Assembly (NCBI GenBank): GCA_040006915.1
Contig: JBDTWD010000001.1
Span: 162,229 to 226,228 of the forward strand
Direction of reading: 5' to 3'
DNA: 64,000 nucleotides
Source of the DNA: Candidatus Woesebacteria bacterium
GTDB lineage: Bacteria; Patescibacteriota; Microgenomatia; UBA1400; UBA12028
Part shown: piece after piece, positions 10,149-19,081 of the stretch
How the letters are laid out: every line of letters begins with the position of its first letter
How positions within the stretch are numbered: the stretch's first letter is position 1
Notes under the pieces: generated by a model
The model's database searches: none
What the model saw: the letters and a program-made list of their open reading frames with translations, nothing else
What the model was told of the DNA's origin: nothing
Position numbers and translations under genes: made by a program

Positions 10149-10523
10149 ATGCTCCAACCAATCCAGTCAGAACCGCAAAAAAAAGATACCATTCATGTGG
10201 TAGAAGACGCGATCGTTTCAAAATTAAAAAAAGAGTTTGCGCTCATACAACAGGCAAATAGTGCTGGAACTCTGAGTCGGGAACAGTTTACTAGAATCTA
10301 TGAGCTTATAGATGAGGCGCATTTGCATCCCAAAACCGAATATTCTCGTTATGATACGTACGAAATTACTCATTTGTGGTCTGAGATTCGCGATATAGGA
10401 AGAGACAAAGGTTTTCTGGTCAAACCCTATCAATCGGATTCTGAACCTCAAAAAAAAAGATCATACACTGGCTTCATCGAACTTTTAAAAAAGTATTCCG
10501 AGTTCCTCGGAATGAGGCGCTAA
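10149..10523 (+). CDS. Hypothetical protein
   Basis: 124-aa ORF filling the gap, with a short internal repeat (QSEPQKK / DSEPQKK). Confidence 0.6.
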   Translation: MLQPIQSEPQKKDTIHVVEDAIVSKLKKEFALIQQANSAGTLSREQFTRIYELIDEAHLHPKTEYSRYDTYEITHLWSEIRDIGRDKGFLVKPYQSDSEPQKKRSYTGFIELLKKYSEFLGMRR

Positions 10524-10529
10524 TACGTC

Positions 10530-11663
10530 TTATTGGATATATTTTTTATTCTTCAATTCCTCTGGAAGCAAACTCGTGTCCAGATAGCGTTCATATCCTT
10601 TTCCATATCCAAACTCTTTCATGAGTTTTGTGGGAGCATTGCGTAGACTCATGGGAATGGGAAGATTTCCATGCTGTTTCACGTCTTCAAGAGCTGCAAA
10701 GTAGGCATCATATGCGCGACGATCTTTTTTTGCCTGTGCTAGATACGCAGTCCCATGGGCCAAATTAATTTGTGCTTCTGGATATCCAATTCTGCTAACA
10801 GCTTCAAAAACTGCATTGGCTACTACGAGCGCAGTTGGCTGTGCCAGACCGATATCCTCAGATGCAAAGATTACCATCCGTCTGGCAATAAATTTTGGAT
10901 CCTCACCACTATCAACCATACGAGCTAGGTAATAGAGGGAAGCATTCACATCACTGGCTCTCATACTTTTGATATAGGCACTAATAGTGTTGTAGTGTTC
11001 TTCACCTTGCTTGTCATAGCGCAAGAACTTGTTCTGTAAGGTATTCTTTAACGCATCGATATCAAGGTTTTTGTAGAGGTTGTACGCATTATCAATCATG
11101 GTGATTGCTTGTCTGGCATCTCCATTTGCCATAGCAATCAGCCATTCTTTTGCTTCCTTATTCATTTTAGCTTTAAGTCTTTTTAAAGTCCGCAGAATAA
11201 TCTGCTGCATTTCTACTTCTGAGAGCGAATTTAAAACAAAAACGCGACAGCGAGAAAGCAATGGAGCAATCACTTCAAACGATGGGTTTTCAGTAGTAGC
11301 CCCAATGAGTGTCAGTTTTCCTGACTCAACGTATGGGAGTAGATAGTCTTGTTGAGCTTTATTAAACCGATGAATTTCATCTAAGAATAATACTACTGGT
11401 TTTTGATTTTCGCTTTCCACAATAGATCGAATATCTTCTTTCTTGGCACTAACCGCGGATAGTTCTATAAACTCTGCGTCGACAGATGCAGCCAGTATTT
11501 TAGCCAAAGTGGTCTTTCCCACTCCCGGTGGTCCCCAAAAGATCATTGAGAAAAGTTGTCTTTGTTGGATGGCAATACGTAGAGGCTTCCCTTCTCCCAC
11601 TAGATGGGATTGACCGATATAGTCATTAAGAGTTGTCGGCCGTAAATCAGTTGCGAGAGGCAT
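10530..11663 (-). CDS. rarA: Replication-associated recombination protein RarA/MgsA
   Basis: MPLATDLRP, WGPPGVGKTT, LFLDEIHRFNKAQQD, GATTENPSF and ASEDIGLA. Start reassigned to 11663. Confidence 0.95.
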   Translation of the reverse strand: MPLATDLRPTTLNDYIGQSHLVGEGKPLRIAIQQRQLFSMIFWGPPGVGKTTLAKILAASVDAEFIELSAVSAKKEDIRSIVESENQKPVVLFLDEIHRFNKAQQDYLLPYVESGKLTLIGATTENPSFEVIAPLLSRCRVFVLNSLSEVEMQQIILRTLKRLKAKMNKEAKEWLIAMANGDARQAITMIDNAYNLYKNLDIDALKNTLQNKFLRYDKQGEEHYNTISAYIKSMRASDVNASLYYLARMVDSGEDPKFIARRMVIFASEDIGLAQPTALVVANAVFEAVSRIGYPEAQINLAHGTAYLAQAKKDRRAYDAYFAALEDVKQHGNLPIPMSLRNAPTKLMKEFGYGKGYERYLDTSLLPEELKNKKYIQ

Positions 11664-11883
11664 AGGATATTTCCTTTGGATTAAGAGTGCGTAATCCGAT
11701 ATAGGAAGACAGAGAAATGAGTGCGATACCAAAAGCTGCAATATACGGTTCGCTTGTTGCTGATTTAGTTATCAAAATGGAAAGACAGCCACAGTAATCA
11801 AAAAGCACGAATAGCGCCAGACACGGCAGAAAAGGCGTCTTGTGTTCTACTGGAGTGCTAGTTTTTTCGACTGTATTCGTCAT
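11647..11883 (-). CDS. Small two-TM membrane protein
   Basis: Two hydrophobic segments; overlaps both neighbours in the secA-rarA run. Confidence 0.5.
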   Translation of the reverse strand: MTNTVEKTSTPVEHKTPFLPCLALFVLFDYCGCLSILITKSATSEPYIAAFGIALISLSSYIGLRTLNPKEISYASRN

Positions 11884-12205
11884 TAGGTAAAAGTGAGAAT
11901 AGTGCTGGTAAAATTAAAATGATCATTGCTCCCAAATCAAAGAGTGAAAATATGGCGACTAGAGAGGTTAGAGCAATTCTCTTTGTTCTTCCTTTTCGCT
12001 GGCATATTAACAACGAAAAGATAATTGCACTTAGGCTTGTGATAGCCGGTCCTATCAGTGGTCTTACACGGATATACTCGACAGGGACAAAAGTGGAAAT
12101 AACTATAGACAGAATCAAACCGCAAACAACCATCACAACATATAACACAATGGCTTGCAGTACAGTTCGTCTTTTTGTCCACCACTCAGAATAACTATTT
12201 TCCAT
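11858..12205 (-). CDS. Hypothetical membrane protein (3 TM)
   Basis: Start reassigned to ATG 12205 (MENSYSEWW), overlapping the secA stop; three hydrophobic segments. Confidence 0.6.
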   Translation of the reverse strand: MENSYSEWWTKRRTVLQAIVLYVVMVVCGLILSIVISTFVPVEYIRVRPLIGPAITSLSAIIFSLLICQRKGRTKRIALTSLVAIFSLFDLGAMIILILPALFSLLPNDEYSRKN

Positions 12206-14999
12206 GACACTTTTTATATTTTTTCCCACTGCCACATGGGCATGGATCATTGCGGCCAATTTTGGGAGCGCTGACTCCAGCTTCACTGTGACCAGTATCA
12301 GTTTTAGCGGTTGCAAGAGCATTGGCTAGATCACTCAAAGATCCTTTGGTTGAGGTTGGCGATGATTTTGCTCCTTTGGCAGCAAACGTTTGCTGCTTGA
12401 TTGCCGAACCTACAGTTACAGTATCATGACGAGCCACTCCAGCTTGAGGATTAATGATTGTTGGCCCTGCCGGCGCATCCGAAAGATGTACTCTAAAGAT
12501 TTTGTGGGCGATAGAGGTATCAATAGTCGCAATCAACTTCTCAAACATCTGGAAACTTTCTTTTTTGTAAGCAGCTTCACTCGCTTGCTTATCGCCACGC
12601 AGCCAAATACCTTCTCGTAAGTTCTCCATTTCGTCGAGATGATCCATCCAGTGTTGATCGATTGTTGTTAAGATTGTTGATGATTCTATATCACGCATCA
12701 AGGTTTTTCCAACCACTTCTTCACGTTGATCGTAGGTCGAGTGGGCAATATTTTGCAAAGTCTCAATCATTGCAGTCATTTCTTTGACGCCGAGCAGTTG
12801 ATCACGCAACTCTTTTTGCGATGCATCATCAAAAGGAATAATACTAATAAATTCTTTGACGATTGCATCAACTTCATCATCAGAAAAGTTATCTGGAGAA
12901 CGAGACACCACCACATCTTCAATCTCTTTATCAATGATGGAGAGAATTTGTTCTTTAGATTTCGGTAACTCTCCAGCCTCTTCTTTATGAGGGGCGGCCA
13001 TTAATTCCAAAAGTTTACGGCGACGCTTGTACACCACGTCACGCTGTTTGTTCATGACATCATCAAGTTCAACCAAACGCTTTCGTTGATCAAAGAAAAA
13101 TCCTTCAACTTTGATTTGTGCTTGTTCTATCGCTCGGCCCACCATACCAGCTTCAATCGGCTGATCTTCATCCATCTTTAATGCTGTCATTAATCTTGCG
13201 ATGGTGTCACCACCGAAAATGCGCATGATCTCATCATCCAGGGAAATATAAAAACGTGACGTTCCTGGGTCACCTTGGCGTCCTGCACGACCTCGTAGCT
13301 GATTATCAATACGTCTTGATTCGTGACGTTCAGTTCCTAAAATATGTAAGCCACCAAGACTGACAACTTCTTCATGCCGCTTCTGCCACTCTTGAAGTGC
13401 TTTTTTAAACTTTTCTGGAGTATCAAAATCACGCAACTCAGGTTTGGCTCCTCCTAAGATGATATCGACACCACGTCCGGCGATATTAGTAGCAACGGTG
13501 ACCGCACCAGGTCGTCCAGCATCGGCGATGATGAAAGCCTCTTTTTCATTATTCTTAGCGTTTAGAACTTGATGGGGAATTCCTTTATGTTCCAAAAGGT
13601 CGGAGATCATCTGGTTAATCTCAATGGAACGAGTACCTAAAAGAATCGGCTGACCATTCTTATGTGTCTCGTCTACCTCTCTAACGATTGCATCGTACTT
13701 CGCTCTATCGGTTTTGTAGACTACATCAGGGTAATCTTTTCGTTGTACCGGCTTATGGGTAGGAATCGGAAGCACATCAACTTTATAGATTTTATGGAAT
13801 TCTTCACTTTCAGTGACCGCAGTTCCAGACATTCCTGAAAGTTTCTCATAGAGACGGAAATAATTTTGCAAAGAAATGGTGGCTAGTGTTCGCGATTCTT
13901 GCTGGATCTTAACGTCTTCTTTGGCTTCAATGGCTTGATGTAGTCCATCGCTATATCGGCGTCCGTACATTAACCGTCCAGTGTGTTCATCAACGATGAT
14001 GACCTCTCCATCTTTCACGATATACTCTTTGTCCTTATGAAACAGTGCGTGAGCTTTTAATGCGGCTTCGGTATGGTGAATAGTGTCAAATCCTTGCTCG
14101 TAGAGATTCTCAATTCCAAGTTTCTTTTCTATTCGCTTAATTCCAAGATCGGTTAAAGACACAGCTCGCATTTTTTCATCGACTTTATAATCACTGTCAC
14201 GAGTCAGGATCGTGACCAGTTTGGCAAATTCATAGTATTTACTCGTCGGATCTGTGTCAGGAGCAGAAATGATTAGTGGAGTACGTGCTTCATCAATTAA
14301 GATTGAGTCAGCTTCATCAACGATGGCAAAATAGTGGCCACGCTGCACTACATCGACGAGTCGTTGTGCCATGTTATCGCGCAGATAATCAAAGCCAAAC
14401 TCATTGTTTGTTCCGTAGGTGACATCAGCACCATAAGCTTCTTTCCGTGTGACATCACGGAAATGCTCTAATCGATCATCTCCCTTTTCTTTGGAACGGA
14501 AATCAGGATCGTATAGGTATGCTTTGTCATGAATGATAATACCGACACTCACTCCTAAGAGATGATAGACCGGTCCCATCCATCCAGCACCAAGCTGAGC
14601 CAGATAGTCGTTTACTGTGACCAAATGTGCTCCCTTACTGGTGAGAGAATTTAAATACAGTGGAAGAGTGGCAGAAAGAGTTTTTCCTTCACCCGTTTTT
14701 TGTTCAGCTATTTTGCTCTCATGAAACGCAATACCGGCAATTAACTGAACGTCGTAATGAGACAGTCCTATTGTTCGTTTAGCGGCCTCACGAACCAAGG
14801 CGAAACTTTCCGGCAATACTACATCTAAACTTTCACCACCTACTACACGCTCCCGGAGCTTTTGTGTACGTTTAGCAAAGTCTTTTTCCTTGAGTTTAGT
14901 CATTTCATCATCAAAGCTATGAATTTGTTCAATGATCTTTTGATATGACGCAATGGTCTTGTTTGGGGATGAGAAAATGTTCGATAGAAATGAGAGCAT
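12195..14999 (-). CDS. secA: Preprotein translocase ATPase SecA
   Basis: [47 protein letters not shown] and C-terminal [22 protein letters not shown]. Confidence 0.98.
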   Translation of the reverse strand: MLSFLSNIFSSPNKTIASYQKIIEQIHSFDDEMTKLKEKDFAKRTQKLRERVVGGESLDVVLPESFALVREAAKRTIGLSHYDVQLIAGIAFHESKIAEQKTGEGKTLSATLPLYLNSLTSKGAHLVTVNDYLAQLGAGWMGPVYHLLGVSVGIIIHDKAYLYDPDFRSKEKGDDRLEHFRDVTRKEAYGADVTYGTNNEFGFDYLRDNMAQRLVDVVQRGHYFAIVDEADSILIDEARTPLIISAPDTDPTSKYYEFAKLVTILTRDSDYKVDEKMRAVSLTDLGIKRIEKKLGIENLYEQGFDTIHHTEAALKAHALFHKDKEYIVKDGEVIIVDEHTGRLMYGRRYSDGLHQAIEAKEDVKIQQESRTLATISLQNYFRLYEKLSGMSGTAVTESEEFHKIYKVDVLPIPTHKPVQRKDYPDVVYKTDRAKYDAIVREVDETHKNGQPILLGTRSIEINQMISDLLEHKGIPHQVLNAKNNEKEAFIIADAGRPGAVTVATNIAGRGVDIILGGAKPELRDFDTPEKFKKALQEWQKRHEEVVSLGGLHILGTERHESRRIDNQLRGRAGRQGDPGTSRFYISLDDEIMRIFGGDTIARLMTALKMDEDQPIEAGMVGRAIEQAQIKVEGFFFDQRKRLVELDDVMNKQRDVVYKRRRKLLELMAAPHKEEAGELPKSKEQILSIIDKEIEDVVVSRSPDNFSDDEVDAIVKEFISIIPFDDASQKELRDQLLGVKEMTAMIETLQNIAHSTYDQREEVVGKTLMRDIESSTILTTIDQHWMDHLDEMENLREGIWLRGDKQASEAAYKKESFQMFEKLIATIDTSIAHKIFRVHLSDAPAGPTIINPQAGVARHDTVTVGSAIKQQTFAAKGAKSSPTSTKGSLSDLANALATAKTDTGHSEAGVSAPKIGRNDPCPCGSGKKYKKCHGK

Positions 15000-15015
15000 A
15001 GGGGGTCATTCTAAC

Positions 15016-15044
15016 AAAAAAAAGTCCCGGCGTACACCGGGACC
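15016..15044 (-). terminator. Intrinsic terminator of the histone-like gene
   Basis: Minus strand GTCCCGG-tgtacg-CCGGGAC followed by 8 T. Confidence 0.85.
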
Positions 15045-15068
15045 TTTACACTTCAAAAACTACCCAAC

Positions 15069-15209
15069 TTATCGAGCCGAAGCGCGACGAGTGGCTTTTT
15101 TCTTTGGAGCTGCTTTCTTCGCAACTTTCTTCACTGCTTTTACTACCTTCTTCACAGCCTTTTTGACTGTTTTTTTGGCTGCTTTCGCCTTGACTTTGGA
15201 AACGCCCAT
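15069..15209 (-). CDS. Histone H1-like Lys/Ala-rich basic protein (46 aa)
   Basis: Manual ORF MGVSKVKAKAAKKTVKKAVKKVVKAVKKVAKKAAPKKKATRRASAR. Strong SD AAGGAGG upstream and its own terminator downstream. Confidence 0.85.
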   Translation of the reverse strand: MGVSKVKAKAAKKTVKKAVKKVVKAVKKVAKKAAPKKKATRRASAR

Positions 15210-15408
15210 ACGTTCCTCCTTTTATTTGAATTTCTCACTACTATGAATATAGAGTGTGAGAAAAATATGTACTATATTCAGTTAAGAGAAATACGCACAG
15301 AGTGTCAAGATGCAATTAGAATTCTGAAACGGAAGAGCATCAAGTATAGCCGATATTGAATAAGAAGGATAGCCTTTTTTTTTATTGTGTAAAACGTATT
15401 GTTAGGTC

Positions 15409-16608
15409 ATGATCGATTCGCAAGAACACTCATATACTCAATTCGCTTTTCCATTTGCAGATAATGTAACTACATCTAAGAGACAAACTGCCGTACAAAT
15501 ATCGACCAGCGGCTACGAAGTGTGGCAAGACTTCTACAACAACGATATACGGTGGGACGAACTGTTCGAAAAACTTTTGGCATCCTTATCTCCCATGTAC
15601 GTGGGAATCATCGGACATACCTATCTTCAGTTCTCTTCTATGTTCATGCAGATAGCCAAACTACACAGTGAAGATGTGTACATGAGACCAGAGCATTATT
15701 CGCTTTATATGGACAAAACCCTTGGTCCGGTATTTCAATTACTCTTTTCGAGTATTGATGTAACTGGAGAACTATTTGAGAAAAGATCAGCCTTTGATTT
15801 GGCATGGGCACTAACGGCGGGGTGGAGATCACAGCATAATTTCTACGATCGAGTTCCAAAACTGAGTCAAATGACATTAAGCGAACATATACTGTATGAG
15901 CCGAATTATCGTGAAGATAGATGGTTTGATAGTGAGAGTGAATTAGGAGTAAGTCCAAAGCTTGAGCAGCTCCATGAAAACACCGAGTTTGTTTTTGAAC
16001 GTGATGTGTCATTTGGAGGCAAAATAGATTTTGTATCGGAAGTTCCAATGAACGCGTATCTTTGGACGGAATACGGTCAGTTGATGAGCTGGATACGGCC
16101 TGATAGAGTCAGTGTTGATAAAGAAACCGGAATAATTACCGTACAAAATATTAAATTTACGAAACCAAAAAATCGTAGCGATCTAGAAGCTATTGATTGG
16201 ATTCAAATAACTTTAGAGGCATTAGCCGGTCGTAAAATTGCACAAAAGGCAAAGCTTCTTGGTAATCGTAGGAAAACACAATTTTCGAAGCCTCTCTTTG
16301 CTGAATATCGAGTCGAAGATTTAGAACTCTATCTGCCTAAAATTAAGGTTGAATATGTCTATCCTAATACAGCAGATGGGAATTCTTTTCTTCATTGTGA
16401 CTTTACTCCCACTTCCACAGAATTAGCTGCTGTCGCTTATTCTCTTGGATATATTGCTCGTGACTTAAATACAGAAAGCAAACGAAACTCATTTTATAAA
16501 TACAGTCAGATACGCAAAAAAAGAATTGAAGGCATCACTCCAAAGACTATGATCGTTCCCACCCTTCCTGTGCAACCGATTATTCGCCAATTTTTATCTA
16601 CTTTGTAG
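15409..16608 (+). CDS. Hypothetical protein, possible degenerate PD-(D/E)xK nuclease fold
   Basis: ISTSGY near the N-terminus and IRPDRV...ITVQNIKF...IQITLEAL recall RecB/Cas4-like motifs II-IV. Weak match. Confidence 0.45.
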   Translation: MIDSQEHSYTQFAFPFADNVTTSKRQTAVQISTSGYEVWQDFYNNDIRWDELFEKLLASLSPMYVGIIGHTYLQFSSMFMQIAKLHSEDVYMRPEHYSLYMDKTLGPVFQLLFSSIDVTGELFEKRSAFDLAWALTAGWRSQHNFYDRVPKLSQMTLSEHILYEPNYREDRWFDSESELGVSPKLEQLHENTEFVFERDVSFGGKIDFVSEVPMNAYLWTEYGQLMSWIRPDRVSVDKETGIITVQNIKFTKPKNRSDLEAIDWIQITLEALAGRKIAQKAKLLGNRRKTQFSKPLFAEYRVEDLELYLPKIKVEYVYPNTADGNSFLHCDFTPTSTELAAVAYSLGYIARDLNTESKRNSFYKYSQIRKKRIEGITPKTMIVPTLPVQPIIRQFLSTL

Positions 16609-17869
16609 AACTCTTGGAAATAACAGCTTGATCCATGTATGGTATGAGCACTTCAGGGACTTTAATACTTCCATCTTCTTGCTGATAGTTCTCAATTACT
16701 GCAGCTAAGAGCCTTGGAGTTGCAGCGACAGTATTGTTTAAGGTATATACATACTTTAGTGTTCCATCACTGGCACGATACCTGATATTTAATCGCCTGG
16801 ATTGAAAATCATTAAAATAACTGGCACTATGTGTTTCTCGAAACGCGTTCTGTCCAGGAAACCAAGTCTCAATATCATATTTTTTGCGCTGCCCAGCCCC
16901 CATATCTCCAGTACACATGGATAGAACTTGATATGAAAGCCCAAGCGTCTGCAAGAGCTCTTCAGAGAATCCAACCATCTTTTCGTGCCACTCTTTCGTC
17001 AAGCTCTCATCTGCGACTGTTAACACGACTTGTTCCACCTTTGTAAATTGATGAACGCGGAAGAATCCTTTGGTGTCTTTTCCATATGATCCGACTTCAC
17101 GACGAAAACATGGAGAAATACCGACCATTTTAATTGGCAAATCTTTTTCATTGAGGGTTTCATTTTGATGATAGGCAGTTAAAGAAACCTCAGCAGTTCC
17201 GATCAATCCTTGTCCATCCTGAGTCGTATAGTGATCTTCAATCCCCCACGGAAAGTATCCTGTTCCCCAAAGTGCTTCTTTATTCACCATCCATGGAACC
17301 GACATCGGAGTGAAACCTTTATTTACAAGGAGTTTTAAAGCGTATTGATGGAGCGCCATTTCCAAAAGCATAAGATCGCCTTTGAGAATGTATGCACGTC
17401 GTCCTCCTATAGCTACAGCTCGCTCGCTATCAAACATTCCCAGATTTTCTGCCAATTCGTAGTGTGACTTTGGTTGAAACGTAAAGGTCGGTTTTTTACC
17501 TACAGTACGCACTACGACATTCTCTGTTTCATCTTTACCAACTGGAGTATCTTCTGAGGCTGGATTTGGCACCTGTAGCATCACTGTTTTAAATTGTTCT
17601 TCGACTTCTTTTAGTTTTGGTTCAAGACCTGAAAGTTCTTCTTTAAAGGTTCTCCCTGTCACTATTTCTTCAGCTGTTGGCTTTCTGCCCTTAATGGTTG
17701 CAATATGCTCGTTCGCAGCTTTTCGAATAGCTTCAACTTGCGCAATCAAAGCACGACGTTCTTCATCGATAACCAAAACTTGATCAACCAAGCTCACATC
17801 CATTTGCTTGTCAGCAATTGCTTTTTTTAGCTCATCTGCATGTTGTTGTATGTATTTAATATCTACCAT
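16598..17869 (-). CDS. serS: Serine--tRNA ligase
   Basis: N-terminal coiled coil, GTAEVSL, CFRREVGSYGKD, RVHQFTKVEQ, KYDIETW and TLNNT. Confidence 0.97.
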   Translation of the reverse strand: MVDIKYIQQHADELKKAIADKQMDVSLVDQVLVIDEERRALIAQVEAIRKAANEHIATIKGRKPTAEEIVTGRTFKEELSGLEPKLKEVEEQFKTVMLQVPNPASEDTPVGKDETENVVVRTVGKKPTFTFQPKSHYELAENLGMFDSERAVAIGGRRAYILKGDLMLLEMALHQYALKLLVNKGFTPMSVPWMVNKEALWGTGYFPWGIEDHYTTQDGQGLIGTAEVSLTAYHQNETLNEKDLPIKMVGISPCFRREVGSYGKDTKGFFRVHQFTKVEQVVLTVADESLTKEWHEKMVGFSEELLQTLGLSYQVLSMCTGDMGAGQRKKYDIETWFPGQNAFRETHSASYFNDFQSRRLNIRYRASDGTLKYVYTLNNTVAATPRLLAAVIENYQQEDGSIKVPEVLIPYMDQAVISKSSTK

Positions 17870-17887
17870 AGATTCCTTTCATTGAAA

Positions 17888-18106
17888 TTACATTATCCGT
17901 TTTCGCATTGAACGATACTTAGATCCCACCAACAAACCGATAAGTTCATGTAATGGTAACTCTGTGTAATCAAAGTCGACACCTTTTCCTTTATGATTAA
18001 GATCTTGAATTTCTCCATGCATTAAAATTTCAATCACCATCAATCGCCGGTGTTCATTGCTGACCGCTGCATTGTATTTACTCCAAAATAATTCGGCTGT
18101 TTGCAT
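17888..18106 (-). CDS. Orphan 72-aa protein between the Ser T-box and serS
   Basis: ATG directly follows the T-box terminator U-tract. The ORF ends 18 nt before serS, which has AAGGA upstream. Confidence 0.55.
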   Translation of the reverse strand: MQTAELFWSKYNAAVSNEHRRLMVIEILMHGEIQDLNHKGKGVDFDYTELPLHELIGLLVGSKYRSMRKRIM

Positions 18107-18255
18107 AAAAAAACCACGCTACTTACATCCAGGAAAGGACGCTTTTTTGCGTGGTGCCACCTTACTTACTTCTTTATCCAGCTATCCTGGGCTTACCCAG
18201 CCCGCATTTGACGGGCAGCGCGGTTGGTTGCTACACCACCGATCGCTTCTTTATT
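18107..18255 (-). ncRNA. T-box riboswitch (Ser), transcriptional, ultrashort Stem I
   Basis: Antiterminator AAGG-UGGCACC-ACGC[AAAAAA]GCGU-CCUU (bulge 18159-18153). Terminator ACCACGC...GCGUGGU plus U-tract. Stem I spans 18247-18217 with apical loop GU-AGC-A. Promoter TTGAAA-16-TATGAT (18289-18262). Confidence 0.9.
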
Positions 18256-18313
18256 AGAAATATCATACACCCTCCTTCACCATTTTCAAGGAATAGCCTG
18301 GGAGGCTATATCC

Positions 18314-18760
18314 TTATTCGTTCTTCCTATGCCTCCACAGTTCGGTTGAACCGTAGAACGTAATGCCTAACAGTATCAAACAACGCGAAACAACCCCTAC
18401 TGGAATTGTCTCCAACTGGAGATATACTGCGGCTCTTAACAGACAGAGAGCAAAAACAACGGCTGCTATTTCTTGGACTAATCGCTTGTGATTTTTCCAA
18501 ACGTTTTTTGCAGTTTCCCGATACATTCCCGAAAGAATGCAGAGAACCCCTACAACCATAAACAGAGCTGCGGCTATATAGTCATTGTCAAGAAACATCG
18601 CTATCGAAGCGAGCTCCATACAAGCTCCGCACGTCATTATTCCTGTCACAATTGTAGGGCCGTCACTGTAGATCCACCAAACACTTACTATGAGACCAAT
18701 ATCCACGAAACACATTAAAAGCAGTGGAAATATGTCTCTAAATACAGTAAACATACACAC
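18314..18760 (-). CDS. Hypothetical multi-pass membrane protein
   Basis: About 5 hydrophobic segments; TATAAT and SD GGAGG upstream of the GTG start. Confidence 0.65.
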   Translation of the reverse strand: MCMFTVFRDIFPLLLMCFVDIGLIVSVWWIYSDGPTIVTGIMTCGACMELASIAMFLDNDYIAAALFMVVGVLCILSGMYRETAKNVWKNHKRLVQEIAAVVFALCLLRAAVYLQLETIPVGVVSRCLILLGITFYGSTELWRHRKNE

Positions 18761-18806
18761 TACCCTTCTCCTCCCAGGCGATAAGTATTATACCCTATAG
18801 TACATA

Positions 18807-19073
18807 TTACTGAATATATGCTGCGTTGGTTGGGACAAAAAGACTAGTGGCTTCGTAGTACGCGACTTCGAGATACAAATCTCGAGTGATTTCATCAATC
18901 ATTGCCCAAGAGGGCATACGCGATCCTCGTTTACGTTTTATTTCAAACATTTCTTCGGCTCGTTGGAAAATCGCAAACTGAATATCCCCAGGGAGACCGT
19001 ACAACATAATTGCAATCTCTCTGTGGTAACTCCCCATCTCCTCTGCATAGCTCCAAACTTCATCAGAAATCAT
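18807..19073 (-). CDS. Orphan hypothetical protein
   Basis: 88-aa ORF starting 8 nt after the lysS stop, with CTATG start context. Confidence 0.6.
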   Translation of the reverse strand: MISDEVWSYAEEMGSYHREIAIMLYGLPGDIQFAIFQRAEEMFEIKRKRGSRMPSWAMIDEITRDLYLEVAYYEATSLFVPTNAAYIQ

Positions 19074-19081
19074 AGACTCTC

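Noticed and set aside
14953-15246. 97-aa Phe-rich plus-strand ORF
   Set aside because: It is the antisense shadow of the Lys-rich minus-strand gene, which has the SD and terminator.
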